Of a stretch of DNA of 64,000 nucleotides, positions 40,321-51,497 are shown in pieces (within the stretch, counting starts at the first letter, position 1; each line of letters begins with the position of its first letter). The DNA lies in the NCBI GenBank assembly GCA_001599295.1, contig BCGN01000005.1:1178001-1242000 (forward strand). The letters are read 5' to 3'. A model generated the notes under the pieces. It searched no databases. It was not told the origin of the DNA and worked only from the letters and a program-made list of their open reading frames with translations. The DNA comes from Sporopachydermia quercuum. Its lineage: Eukaryota. The position numbers and the translations under genes are program-made.

Positions 40321-40811
40321 TTTTCTATCGAAATACACCTTCTACAGAAACCCTAATGAATACTGCCAATATGGGGTTTCTATATAAATATGCAATCTTC
40401 GTTACGGCATACACTGCACTCAATAAGTTCCAAATCAATGTTTGAATCTCCAATTAAATCATACATCCTGTGCGATAATTTCTGACTAGACGGAAATTTC
40501 ACTTTGTGGTCCATTTACAAGAGGTTCAAGAATAGAGAGAGAAGTGTCCAAATCCATAGTAAGTGTCATACTCTCGTAAATATGAGACTGGAAACTTGAA
40601 ATATAAAGTTCAGAAGATATGCAACAATATGTATTTTATGCGTGTTTGTACAGGTTTGAGAAGTTTCTATGATTAATAGCTGAATTGAGTCTCATACATC
40701 TTCTATAGCAAGAAAAAAAAAAAGATAACTTTGAAGCAGAAAAGAGACTTATTAGTCATTATGTATACATTGATTAAGACCTAGGATTAGTCACAGTCCT
40801 CCTTACATAGT

Positions 40812-42611
40812 TCACTCACTGTTGGTGTTTTTGGAAGCATATTCAATAAACATGGTTTTATTGCGGTGACCCATGCTTTTTATTTGTTCGGTTAGTCTCC
40901 AAGGATAATCATACTTATCTAAAATGACTTCCACAAATCTTACACCGGGTCCAGAGAAAAACTCTTTATCGTTCAGTAGTTTATCAAGTTCTTGCTTCGT
41001 ACTAACAGTAGAATTCTTGATGTTTACACCTTCAGTACCACCAAAAACAGAGCACAGTTGTGTCCACTTCCAATTTGGACAGATGTTATTGTAGTCCTGT
41101 TGCGGACCCCAAATTGCTCTTTCAATGCTGTAGCCTTCATTGTTCAATAGGAATACAACCACTGGTAAATTGTGTCTCACCATAGTTCCAAGCTCTTGGA
41201 TAGTCATTTGAGCAGAACCATCTCCTTCAACCAGGACAACTCTACCAGGACATGAGTCAGGAAAATCAATTTTGGACATACTGGCCCCAAGGGCAGCAGG
41301 TAAAGCAAAGCCAATTGAGGAGTAAAAAACCTGAGTGATTACTTTCATAGATGATTTAAATTTGACGTCTGGAATAGCAAATTGAAAAGTTCCTGTCTCA
41401 CCGATCACAACGTCACCGGAACCTAAGAAACTTGATAAAGCCTCTAAGAAATATTGCTCAGGCAATTGAAGTTCAGGGTTGACATTTGGTGGAGGTTTAA
41501 TGCTGTCCTTAACATTCTGTAGATCAACTTTCGGGAGGCTTTCTTGAACTTGGGAGATAGTCGCTAGAAGTTTCTCCATAACAGGTAGCATGTGGTAGTT
41601 TTTGTATAATTTTCCCTTTACTGAAATGTAATCAGAATGGAGGACAATCAATTTATCATCTTTAATATCTCTTGTGAATCCACCAGTATTTGAATCTGAT
41701 AACAATGGTCCAATGTTAATAACTAGATCCGAATCATTTTCAAGTGACTCAGCAACTCCTTCTAATGATAATTTTCCGTTATAAACTCCAATAAAATTAC
41801 TTGCCGTTTCATCAATGTTTCCTTTGCCTAATAAAGTGGTATATGCTTTGAATTGAGTAATAGCGGCCAATTTTCTAGATAAATCTCTAGCTCTATGTCT
41901 TTCAGCTAAAGTGTCAACTAAAATAGCAGGTGATTTCGAGGATAAAACAGCTTCTACAATTTCATCTACAATTCTGTTCTCGATGTCTTTATCTTCGTTT
42001 TCGATCTCAAGATTCAACGGCTTTTGAAGTCTACTAGCATCAACTTCAAGTAACACCATATCAACAGGAATATGAATGTAGCCAGGTCGTGATTTCTTGA
42101 CAACTGTCTCGATAACATTATCAATTTGTTGACATACTTTCTCTTGGTTAGAGGAAGTAAGAAACTCTTGAGCTACACGGATAGGTTCAGACATACCCTG
42201 GTAGGTAGTATGATCAGGAAGATCCAATGCATTCTCCGAAGGTCTAACATGATGGATAAGTAAATGATTTTCTTGAATTGGCCTTCCAGTAGTACCCACA
42301 ATATGTAGAATTGGAGATTGTTCAGCAAAGGCACCGGAAACACCATTCATCGCCGACAGTTCACCTACTCCATAAGTAGTGATCAAAACTCCAGGTCGTG
42401 TAGATACACGCCCATACCCATCGGCAGCATATGCAGCATTCAATTCATTGCAACATCCAATCCATTTCAAACTTGGAACTTCATAAATGTAATCTAAGAG
42501 ATTTAAATTAAAATCTCCTGGACATCCGAATATTGAAGACACGCCTAGTTGCGCAATTCTTTCGAATAAGTATTGTCCCAGCTTGATTTTTTTATTTACT
42601 GATTCCGTCAT
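40812..42611 (-). CDS. ThDP-dependent 2-oxo-acid decarboxylase, Aro10-like (phenylpyruvate decarboxylase)
   Basis: FGCPGDFNL, CCNELNAAYAADGY, GELSAMNGVSGAFAE and GDGSAQMTIQE..NNEGYSIER. The AFAE motif and the extended HH..P...PDH loop resemble Aro10 more than Pdc1. Confidence 0.88.
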   Translation of the reverse strand: MTESVNKKIKLGQYLFERIAQLGVSSIFGCPGDFNLNLLDYIYEVPSLKWIGCCNELNAAYAADGYGRVSTRPGVLITTYGVGELSAMNGVSGAFAEQSPILHIVGTTGRPIQENHLLIHHVRPSENALDLPDHTTYQGMSEPIRVAQEFLTSSNQEKVCQQIDNVIETVVKKSRPGYIHIPVDMVLLEVDASRLQKPLNLEIENEDKDIENRIVDEIVEAVLSSKSPAILVDTLAERHRARDLSRKLAAITQFKAYTTLLGKGNIDETASNFIGVYNGKLSLEGVAESLENDSDLVINIGPLLSDSNTGGFTRDIKDDKLIVLHSDYISVKGKLYKNYHMLPVMEKLLATISQVQESLPKVDLQNVKDSIKPPPNVNPELQLPEQYFLEALSSFLGSGDVVIGETGTFQFAIPDVKFKSSMKVITQVFYSSIGFALPAALGASMSKIDFPDSCPGRVVLVEGDGSAQMTIQELGTMVRHNLPVVVFLLNNEGYSIERAIWGPQQDYNNICPNWKWTQLCSVFGGTEGVNIKNSTVSTKQELDKLLNDKEFFSGPGVRFVEVILDKYDYPWRLTEQIKSMGHRNKTMFIEYASKNTNSE

Positions 42612-43832
42612 CTTTGTAGATTTCCTTATAGAGAATGAAATATCTAACCACACTAAAAGGCTAACCAATTAATTGTACAACTAATAAGAAAACCATTGAG
42701 TGCTGTTGAGCCAACGAGATAGGTACTCAAAATCAGTATGTTAGATACCTATTAAATGCTTATAGGAATGAAAAGATAGATCAAATGAACGAGTGTTTAA
42801 TTAGATAGACATCGAATTGAGGAACATGGATGTCATAAAGGGATAATTGGATGGGCTTTTATAGTTTACAGACTGGAAAGAATTACTGGGGTAAACCTTG
42901 AGTAAAGTTTGGATGAAATTACCCTAAAAAGAAGTATGGGAATAATGAAAAGTTAAAAGAAAAATGAGGTAATGTCTGTTGGAATTATGATATGCAAACC
43001 TGATTAAAATAATAAGCAAAAGCAGCGATTACTAAGCGACTGTAGACGTACATATATTGTAATGATTTATTTATTTTTTTCTACCTCCTATATTAATAGA
43101 TAGGAGCTGTCGTTTAAGAAGAAGTAGCATGATAAGCTTGTAACCTACCTGATAATACTCCATTGGGTTATTTTGTTCCGAAACTTTTGATTTAAAGTGT
43201 GAAACTATAACCTTAATCCATTCTTCAAGCGTCCACTACTCGTTCTCACTGAATATTATCATTTCAAAATCAATATTAGGGAAAAAGAAACCAGGCAAAT
43301 AATCTAATATTATTTATAGATATATGACTCCTAAATAAACATCTCAAACACGTACTTTTTTAACCAATAAAAAACGCGTACTTTTCACTGTTCTGTTAGT
43401 TCGGATGTCAAAATGCGGCTAATACTATTTTAGGGTTATGGGCGGATGAACTTTAAAATGCATCTCATGCAATCAACGGCTAGAATTCTTTCAGAATTGA
43501 TTGATTTTTCAACGATTATGAAGATTCAACAATGTATCTTATCATAGTTTATTAATAGACCTGATATTTCAAATCCCTGGAAAGTAAACTGATGAGATAT
43601 TTGGCCATGTAGTGTTTCTTTGATCTGTCAAGAGGCCAGTTTTTACAGTGAGCAGTGATGGAATTTCATATTAATCATGATTAGAAAATCAAGAAAGAAA
43701 AGTATATGATAATAAGTTGTAAGGGGAATGTATATTATATAAATGTACGTACAAAGAAAGAAAGAACAATTTGACTAACATTTCCCATAGACAACTAATT
43801 GTATATACTGATCTTTGATCTTCGGTCCATCT

Positions 43833-45611
43833 TTAGCAGCATGCAATCTTAGCAGGGTGATTAGCATGTAAATGTTTCTTAGCATCTTCTGGATCCATAT
43901 AAAATATTTTGTCTAAGTTCAAGATAAGTTTAGGATCTAATGTCTGTTTTAGTCGTCTCATAGTATCGACGGTAGTTGGGCCAACTTCTTCAATCAAATA
44001 GTCTCTCTTGCTGGTTCCAATTCCATGTTCACCAGTACAAGTTCCGCCGAGATTCAAGGCCTTGTGAACAATATCCTTAGCTAATCGTTTACATATGTTT
44101 TTCTCTTCTTCATTGTTATAAATCATACAGCTGTGAAAGTTACCATCACCAACGTGACCCATAATTGCAATATTCAACCCTGTTTTATCAAATTCTTCTC
44201 TACATTGATTGATCAACGTAGATAATGAAGAAATAGGCACTGCAACATCAGTTGACCATACGTTTGAGTTTGCATTCTTCCTTTTTCCATACTCAATTGT
44301 AGACCACATTGACAGCTTTCTTACTTGCCAAAACTCCTCAGATTCTTTTTCATCTTCGGCAAACTGGAAAGAATGGCAATTATGCTTCTTAGCGATCTTC
44401 TCAACCTCTTTAATAGAGTTATTTAAACTATTGGAATTACCTTGAAATTTCAAAAACAAACTATGCTTTTCAGGCCACACTTGCTTATACTGACCAACTG
44501 CATTAATAAATTTCATTAATTCATCATCCATTAATTCGATAGCACCTAATTGAATACCACTCTGGAGAATCTGAAAAACTGATTGAGTAGCATCAGCAAT
44601 TTTATCAAAAGTCACAACAGCAATCCGTTCCAGTTCAGGTCTGGGATGCAGCTTTAAAGTTGCTTTAGTAATAACACCCAATGTTCCTTCAGATCCAATA
44701 AAAAAATTAGTCAAATTGTAACCAGCAGCTGACTTCTTGGGTCTTCTACGAGTAGTTATGATGCTTCCATCAGACAAAACAACTTCTAAAGATAATACAT
44801 TGTCTTTCATAGTACCCCACCTAGCAGCATTTGTTCCTGAACATGAAGTGGCACACATTCCACCAATTTGAGCTCCAGGGCCGGGATCAGGACCAAATAG
44901 CAATCCATGAGGCTTTAGGAACTCTTCAAGAGCTTGCCATCCAACGCCAGGTTCAACGACAATGTCATGATCAGTTTTATGAAATTCTAATATTTTATCC
45001 ATACCACTTACATCTAGACANATACCTTTTCTAGTAGGAATGAATTGCCCTTCAATTGATGTTCCTCCTGAGAATGGAATAACTGGAACACAATACTTGT
45101 AGCAAACTTTCATTACAGCTGACACTTCCTCTGTAGAGTGTGCATGAACCACAAGATATGGTCTTTGATGAGGTAAAGCATGCTCGATACTCCAGAATGT
45201 ATCAGAATGAGTTTCGAGATCATTAGGATCATCTGATACATTTTCAGGACCAACTATTGTTTTAATTTCGTCAAAAGCTTTCTGTAGTTCCACCCCTTCT
45301 GCATACTTCGGCTGAACAACTTCATCAACGGAAAGCGTTGGCTTCCTTGCTAAATTATTATTCTCTTTGTTGGCAATGAAGTTATAATAAACTCCGGATA
45401 GCCCAGCTCCGAGAGATACCAGCAAAAAAGTGTCAAGAAATGATCTACCAGACGATTTAGGTGCCGATGAAGCAGTCGACTGTAATCTCACAGGGTTGAT
45501 GAATAGCGGGTAATTTCTATAGTGGTTGTACTTAGGAAGTTTCGTAAATCGAGCTACCTGTTTAGTACCGACCCTTGATGCTTCTCTTTTCAATCTTATA
45601 GCCGCGAACAT
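43833..45611 (-). CDS. DLD1: Mitochondrial D-lactate dehydrogenase (cytochrome), FAD-linked oxidase
   Basis: Presequence plus transmembrane segment; PFSGGTSIEG, DPGPGAQIGGM, KSAAGYNLT, GSEGTLG, GHVGDGNFH and TGEHGIG. Confidence 0.93.
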   Translation of the reverse strand: MFAAIRLKREASRVGTKQVARFTKLPKYNHYRNYPLFINPVRLQSTASSAPKSSGRSFLDTFLLVSLGAGLSGVYYNFIANKENNNLARKPTLSVDEVVQPKYAEGVELQKAFDEIKTIVGPENVSDDPNDLETHSDTFWSIEHALPHQRPYLVVHAHSTEEVSAVMKVCYKYCVPVIPFSGGTSIEGQFIPTRKGXCLDVSGMDKILEFHKTDHDIVVEPGVGWQALEEFLKPHGLLFGPDPGPGAQIGGMCATSCSGTNAARWGTMKDNVLSLEVVLSDGSIITTRRRPKKSAAGYNLTNFFIGSEGTLGVITKATLKLHPRPELERIAVVTFDKIADATQSVFQILQSGIQLGAIELMDDELMKFINAVGQYKQVWPEKHSLFLKFQGNSNSLNNSIKEVEKIAKKHNCHSFQFAEDEKESEEFWQVRKLSMWSTIEYGKRKNANSNVWSTDVAVPISSLSTLINQCREEFDKTGLNIAIMGHVGDGNFHSCMIYNNEEEKNICKRLAKDIVHKALNLGGTCTGEHGIGTSKRDYLIEEVGPTTVDTMRRLKQTLDPKLILNLDKIFYMDPEDAKKHLHANHPAKIACC

Positions 45612-46360
45612 TCTAAATATGAATAAAAGCTCATCATTTACTTCAAGATGAGCTGCCGATGAAAGTATATAGAAATATGCATCTGACACTGCCTTCGTTA
45701 ATGTCAAGGTAGAACGATTTGAGATATCACTCTTAATGTTACAGCGTAAATTTCTAACAATTGTTTCTTCTGATTGACGACTCTCATGCACAATTGACAC
45801 TCGACCAAGATTATGTTACCTTCGAAAGTCCTTCATTCAACATTAAGTGAATCCTTTTCCGTCATTCATTTTCTTCTGGAGATGCCGTATCAATCATTGA
45901 ATGATTGGTATTTGATACATTCACCTTTCCACATCTTCTCAACTATTTACATATTATTTGTGGGAGATCATTATATGTGGGGTTCGAGATTCTTTTTTTC
46001 AGTTTAGCAATTTTTGTCAATATTGAATAATATTTTAGGTTTATAATAACTGTAACTCCGATGCCGATAGGAAACATGCATAATGATACATATAGATACA
46101 TAAAAGTATAAATTAAGTTGAATGCATAAGCGTGTGGAGTATCTGCATTTAAACATGAGTATGCAGCTGATTTATAATCCTAACTCACCTAACATAACCT
46201 TGACCAGACAGTGGTGATATGATTTGATTTTACCACAATTTCCTGCTCAAAGGAGGCAGAAGCACAAATAAAAAAACATAATTCACTTTTTTAATCACTA
46301 CATGATGCGGCGGACTAACAAATTCTAACCGTAAATTCATTAATCATAAGTAACACTACT

Positions 46361-47611
46361 TTATAAATCATCAACTAGAGCANAATCACCTGCCAAGTCA
46401 GCACTACCATTGGATATTATAGTTCTATCAGTTTCTGGCTTATCTGCTGGGTCGGCAGAAGGCCAGAAACTTGGCAAATCGAGATGTTGAAAGTTAGGCT
46501 CAACGCACCTTTCAACAAAATAGCTTCTTAATTTGCTTTCGATTAATTGTCCAATCTTTGGAACGTTCTCTAATTTGGACCTTGATCCGATGAGCGACTT
46601 GATTTCAAATTCAAGCCTGTAGTCAGGTGCAAAGGAAAATTGCAACGAAGTACCGTGTGACTTGTTTTCTTTAATTTCATCATTATCATTTCTCTTCGTT
46701 TGCTTCTTCTTTTCATCTTCTGTAGCCTGACTGATAGGCGGTGCAAGTCTGATAGTTAAGCATCCTGAAAATCGTATTATTGACACTGAGAGTAATACTG
46801 GTAGAACAGCTATTAATGCTTTTGGATAATTAAGCAGTAATCTCGTTTCAATTCCTAACGTTAATGTGTCAGATAAGTCAACATCAATCTTTGCTTCCAA
46901 TGAGTCTTTATATTCAGAGCCATATTCTATTCGGCAGTTACTAAGGATAGGAAAATCATCACCAAAATCAACCTCCGTGACTCTAATCTTGTCCAAATAA
47001 TCGGGCAGCTGCATCTTCCCAAATGAATCATTTAGAAAACTAACAATGTTATCTGATGCTCTTACTTCATCTCTTAGTCTACTGATAACTTGTGCTAATA
47101 GTACATTAAACCAATCTAAGGATTCTGGCGCATGAGATCCCACATTATAATACGTTTTCTCTAATATGGTTGCCGTAGGCGTTGGATCAGGTTTATTTTG
47201 CCCATTGATGGTTCCTCTACCCATATGATATATTAAAGGATTATGATCTTTGCTTCGTATACTTGATGCAGTTGTAGTAGATGATGGAGATGCTTCAGCA
47301 AAAATAAAAAATTTAGTGAATACAAGGATTACTATGATGACACTAAACTGCCCAAGTAATAACCCATCAGTAAACGTCCAGCTCTTACCTAATCTCAGTG
47401 GCTGCTGAATGAATATTTCACCTCCTGCCCCTAAACTACCAGGGCTTTGAATCACTACTGCTGTGACAATGGTTTCCAATGCAGGATTATTTGCTACTTG
47501 TGTAGTTGTTGTTGTTGACGATGGTAATGGAGATGATAGAGACAATGTTGAATAAGAAGATAAGCCTAAACCTTCAGCGGCCTCATTTGAGGCATTATCT
47601 AGCGAATCCAT
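46361..47611 (-). CDS. MMM1: ERMES subunit Mmm1 (SMP domain)
   Basis: WTFTDGLLLGQFS transmembrane segment, ILEKTYYNV, PESLDWFNVLLAQ, GDDFPILSNC, SLIGSRSKLENVPKI and ERCVEP..LPSFWP. Confidence 0.96.
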   Translation of the reverse strand: MDSLDNASNEAAEGLGLSSYSTLSLSSPLPSSTTTTTQVANNPALETIVTAVVIQSPGSLGAGGEIFIQQPLRLGKSWTFTDGLLLGQFSVIIVILVFTKFFIFAEASPSSTTTASSIRSKDHNPLIYHMGRGTINGQNKPDPTPTATILEKTYYNVGSHAPESLDWFNVLLAQVISRLRDEVRASDNIVSFLNDSFGKMQLPDYLDKIRVTEVDFGDDFPILSNCRIEYGSEYKDSLEAKIDVDLSDTLTLGIETRLLLNYPKALIAVLPVLLSVSIIRFSGCLTIRLAPPISQATEDEKKKQTKRNDNDEIKENKSHGTSLQFSFAPDYRLEFEIKSLIGSRSKLENVPKIGQLIESKLRSYFVERCVEPNFQHLDLPSFWPSADPADKPETDRTIISNGSADLAGDXALVDDL

Positions 47612-48510
47612 AATTATACTGTACGTAAGTGTGTTATGTAGTTGTACGAGTTTGATTGCCGATTCTTATATGTTCATATGCTATCTCTCTGGGTTCGAAC
47701 AAACTATCTATCATGAAGTTGCAGACTAAGCACCAAGAACCGCAAACTTTCTTAGCATGAAACTTCAAATTCCAACTTGAATCAATCAAATCAAGTCCAA
47801 ATAATGCAAAAGGATAACTAGTAGAGCTCAGTTGTATATAACATAGACCAATAACTAATTCGAATCAATATTCATGTCGATTAAGACAGGCATTTAACTA
47901 TTCTGAAGCCCGTTACGCTACGTCTACTCCTGCAAACCTTAGCACTCATATGTTTAAGTTTTCCAAAACGGTTCAACTGCATCCAGTATTTATAGCATAA
48001 TTAAGAAGTAGATAGCAGCGACGGATTCCAGCTTCTAAAGCTGTTGTTATCAAAACAACCTACAATCCATTCAATCCGATGAAGTGGAAAGTGTATTGAT
48101 ATATGGAGGTTTACATGTGATAGTGTGAGGTAGTGTCCCATTTTTGGTAACAATGGATACAAATATTAGGTTTATCATCATTTACTCGAAGGAGACGTGA
48201 TGTGAGGCATCCTCAATAACCGAATCAATTGAGCATTGGAGCTAAATAAAAGTAGATAATAAGCGATTAAATATTCATCACGATGATAGTTAAACATAGC
48301 ACTTTATAGAATAGTACAATGGATGGCCTTCTTTAAGTGGCCATAGGTCCAAAGAGACACTGGTTGAGATAAGATGACGTGTTAATCGATGATCTGTATC
48401 TTGTCATTTCCGCTGGAGAACGTTTTAGAGCTAATGAGTCATTGTTCCCTTCTGAAACAGTCAGATTTCGCTCTGTATTTTATCATTACACCAAACTTCC
48501 ATCACCATAC

Positions 48511-49615
48511 TCATCGATTATTTGGAAAATTCAATCTCTTGTGCAAAGGTAGAGTGATTCTGGAGTTAAGTGGTTCTACCATTTTGCCAGCAATTGACTT
48601 TGCTTCGGCATTAACCTTTTGAGTCTTATTATTCTGCCTTGGCTTTTTCGGAGATGCTTTTCCTGGCTCCTCCTTTGTCTTTATTAATTTTGAAATGCTG
48701 CTTTTTTTCGCTATCGCCGATTTGCTAGAATATAATCAGTTAGTGAAATAAAGGAAAATTAAGTAAACAAGATCTTCAAACCATAAAAACACATACCTAC
48801 TATCAATTCTGGAAGCAAGGGGCCTTTTTGTTAAGTCTACAACCAATTCGAGCTGTTAATTCAAGACAGTTAGTTAAGTTTTCAGCTAAACAGATAAGTT
48901 TATTGTCTGGTTTATATTGCATATAAATATGCTGCACTTATAACTCTAAACCGCAATTGACATCCATGAGTACATACCTTTAATGAATATTTTCCACCAT
49001 CCAGGGTTGTTCCGTCATATTTAGAGACTGCCATACTAGCATCTACTGATCGTCTGAACACTACCGAGCATTGTCCGATAGACTTCCCTCTTTCATCATA
49101 GCTCACAACACATGATTCAATAGGTCCAACAGAAGCTTCAAAGAAATCCTTAACAAGTAGATTTGTTAGAAGGCTATATCTATAATATAATTGTTCTGTA
49201 CTGAAAAGATCAATGTACATAGAAACATACTTGAATGGATTGAGATGGTATATCATTGGGCTAGATAAAAATATGTTAGTGAAATAGTCGGATTTAAAAC
49301 AAACAATTCACCCAAAAGAATCCTCATAATGTATTAGATCAAACATAACAGTNGGTCTCCTACTCAATTGTAACATACCAGATTCGAAATTAGAACCTTC
49401 GTAGACTGTTTTGAACTCAATGCTATTGGATCTTTTTGCTGAATTGTTTCAACTAGTTTCTTAACTGCTTTGTCTGATACCACATTTTTCCGGGTACTGG
49501 CCTTCAGATTAGATGATGCTTTTGACACTGTCTTCAACTTTGATTTACTGATTTTATCTCTCTTTCTGTCCAGATCTACATTGATCCGCGAAGCCAAGCT
49601 TGGAAGTTTACCCAT
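48511..49615 (-). CDS. Yra1/ALYREF-like RRM protein; exons 49379-49615, 49231-49260, 48978-49148, 48797-48852, 48511-48724
   Basis: The spliced product reads KVLISNL|PNDIPSQSIQ|DFFEASVGPI...YDERGKSIGQCSVVF...KYDGTTLDGGKYSLK|LELVVD..PLASRI, a Yra1-type RRM. All four introns have GTATGT donors and CTAAC branch sites. Confidence 0.8.
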
Positions 49616-50146
49616 TGGAAAATAAACCAATAATCAACTGCAGAAATAATCTTTGATTCCGATGCCAAGTAATCACTAGAGTTTCAACAGATGTTTTCTT
49701 TTAATTGTTGGTTTTCGTTCGTGGTTTTCGTTCGTATAGTGCTGCATAGCAGAATTGTTTCTAGTGCAATATGAATACTCCTCCTCAGAACCACTTGATC
49801 CAAAACAGGTTCGAAATATCTCTTTGTTCTGAGTGTCAAACGAATTGAGGCCAGAAAGATTATATAGCATAATCAGTTTATATTTATGATTACGTAACCA
49901 AAGTACTTCTTGGTTCACTTGAATGATAAGAAAGCAAACAGATGAGAAAAATACATAAGCAGATAAGCAGATAAAAAAAGATTCAACTTATATATATTAT
50001 TGAAATAGTGAAAGTATAATGTTAAAAGGATTGCTAGTATACATACAAAGGTCTGTGATATATCTGGTTAATGCAATATAATGACCATCACTCGAAACCT
50101 TTGCTTAAATAGTGGATAGTTACATTGTAAGCTTGTAGTGAATCCA

Positions 50147-50917
50147 TCATATAGGTTTGATCTAAATGGTTAATGTTAGTACTGTCTACTAATGGCAAAG
50201 AAAGAAAATATCAAAAGATCCTGATCAATATCTGAGTGACTTGAGGAGCAATCATAAACATACCTTGAAGTTTAGAGAGATAAGCGAGAATATTAGACTT
50301 TTCAAATCTTGCACCAAATAATAGAAGACACGAAGACCTTCTGGATCATCAGAGTTCTGAACATCATTCAACGATCCAATCTTTGCAGTCTAAAATCGTT
50401 AGTATATACCAAATTATAAGGGTGCTCAAATATTACAATGCAACCTGAAGGAGTCTAATGAACAGAAACAAATGTGTGACAGCAGGATATCCCAATTGAA
50501 ACATTCCTATCGCATTCTCAACAACGACAAATTGCAACTTACCTCAAACGATATATGGTATCGTCCTAGCCTAACTTCCAGTTCCTGTTTTCCTTCTCTA
50601 TTTCGTTCAGGCCATTTGCTGTCATCTTCTTTCAAAATTTCTGAGTCGATGATGATTTTCTTCAACTCTTTCACCATCAATGAGCTCACTGCCATTTCTT
50701 TCTTGATTAGCGAATCATTTCTATAGTTGGAATTATTTGCATACCTTATCACTGCTATTTTACCATCACTCAAGACTGTCACATCAAACTCCAGAAATTC
50801 ATGTCCAAACTTTCCTCTATGTCCTGTGTAATATCTCACGTAAAATGGCTCTTCCTTGTTATTCACATCAACAGTTACATCGTCCGTTTGGTCAACTTCT
50901 TGGTCTATTATATCCAT
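50147..50917 (-). CDS. mago: Mago nashi, exon junction complex core subunit; exons 50543-50917, 50264-50389, 50147-50161 (171 aa)
   Basis: [74 protein letters not shown]. Both introns have TACTAAC branch sites. Confidence 0.96.
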
Positions 50918-51370
50918 CTCTGTATCTTTTCCTTTATATCTGTTTGTACCAACTGATGAAAATAGATTTGTGATCAGCAATTACCACAATGTCCTCTTTA
51001 CCTTAAAATGCAAACGTTTGGTTATCCAATCTGATTTTCTCTCTTCTTCCTTACCATTACTAGGTGGCAACAACAACAACTGCTATAATTTATCTTCAAA
51101 GCAGATAAATAAAGTACCTTTCTGGATCATTAGACATTCCCAAACTATTATTCAATTGAAATCCACTATATTTTCTCGTTCTTAGGATTATTTACTCCTA
51201 TACTAATTGACATATAGTGTACTAGAGCCAGGAAAGGAGACTTGATGTTAATACTCAATGGTCTCATAATTACACTAATAGTATATTTTATACTTGGCCT
51301 TGGCACACAAGACTCCCCCCGCTTAAAAAACTCTCAACATGAAAAATAAGGAGCAAATAATGAACCATGC

Positions 51371-51379
51371 ATGAGTCAT
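51371..51379. promoter_or_regulatory. Gcn4-type site ATGAGTCAT upstream of TYS1
   Basis: Perfect site about 120 nt upstream of the TYS1 ATG, in the divergent mago/TYS1 promoter. Confidence 0.45.
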
Positions 51380-51497
51380 ATAAGGAACAATGTAAATGCG
51401 CAACAATTGCATAACTATCAAATGATAGATCGTGTAACAATATAGAAAGTCTCGACAAGACTGTAGTGAATTGTCAATTGTAACCCAAATCAACAAT

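Noticed and set aside
43833..43853. DLD1 C-terminal AKIACC as a prenylation or PTS1 signal
   Set aside because: The protein has a mitochondrial presequence, AKI is not terminal, and CC prenylation is Rab-specific.
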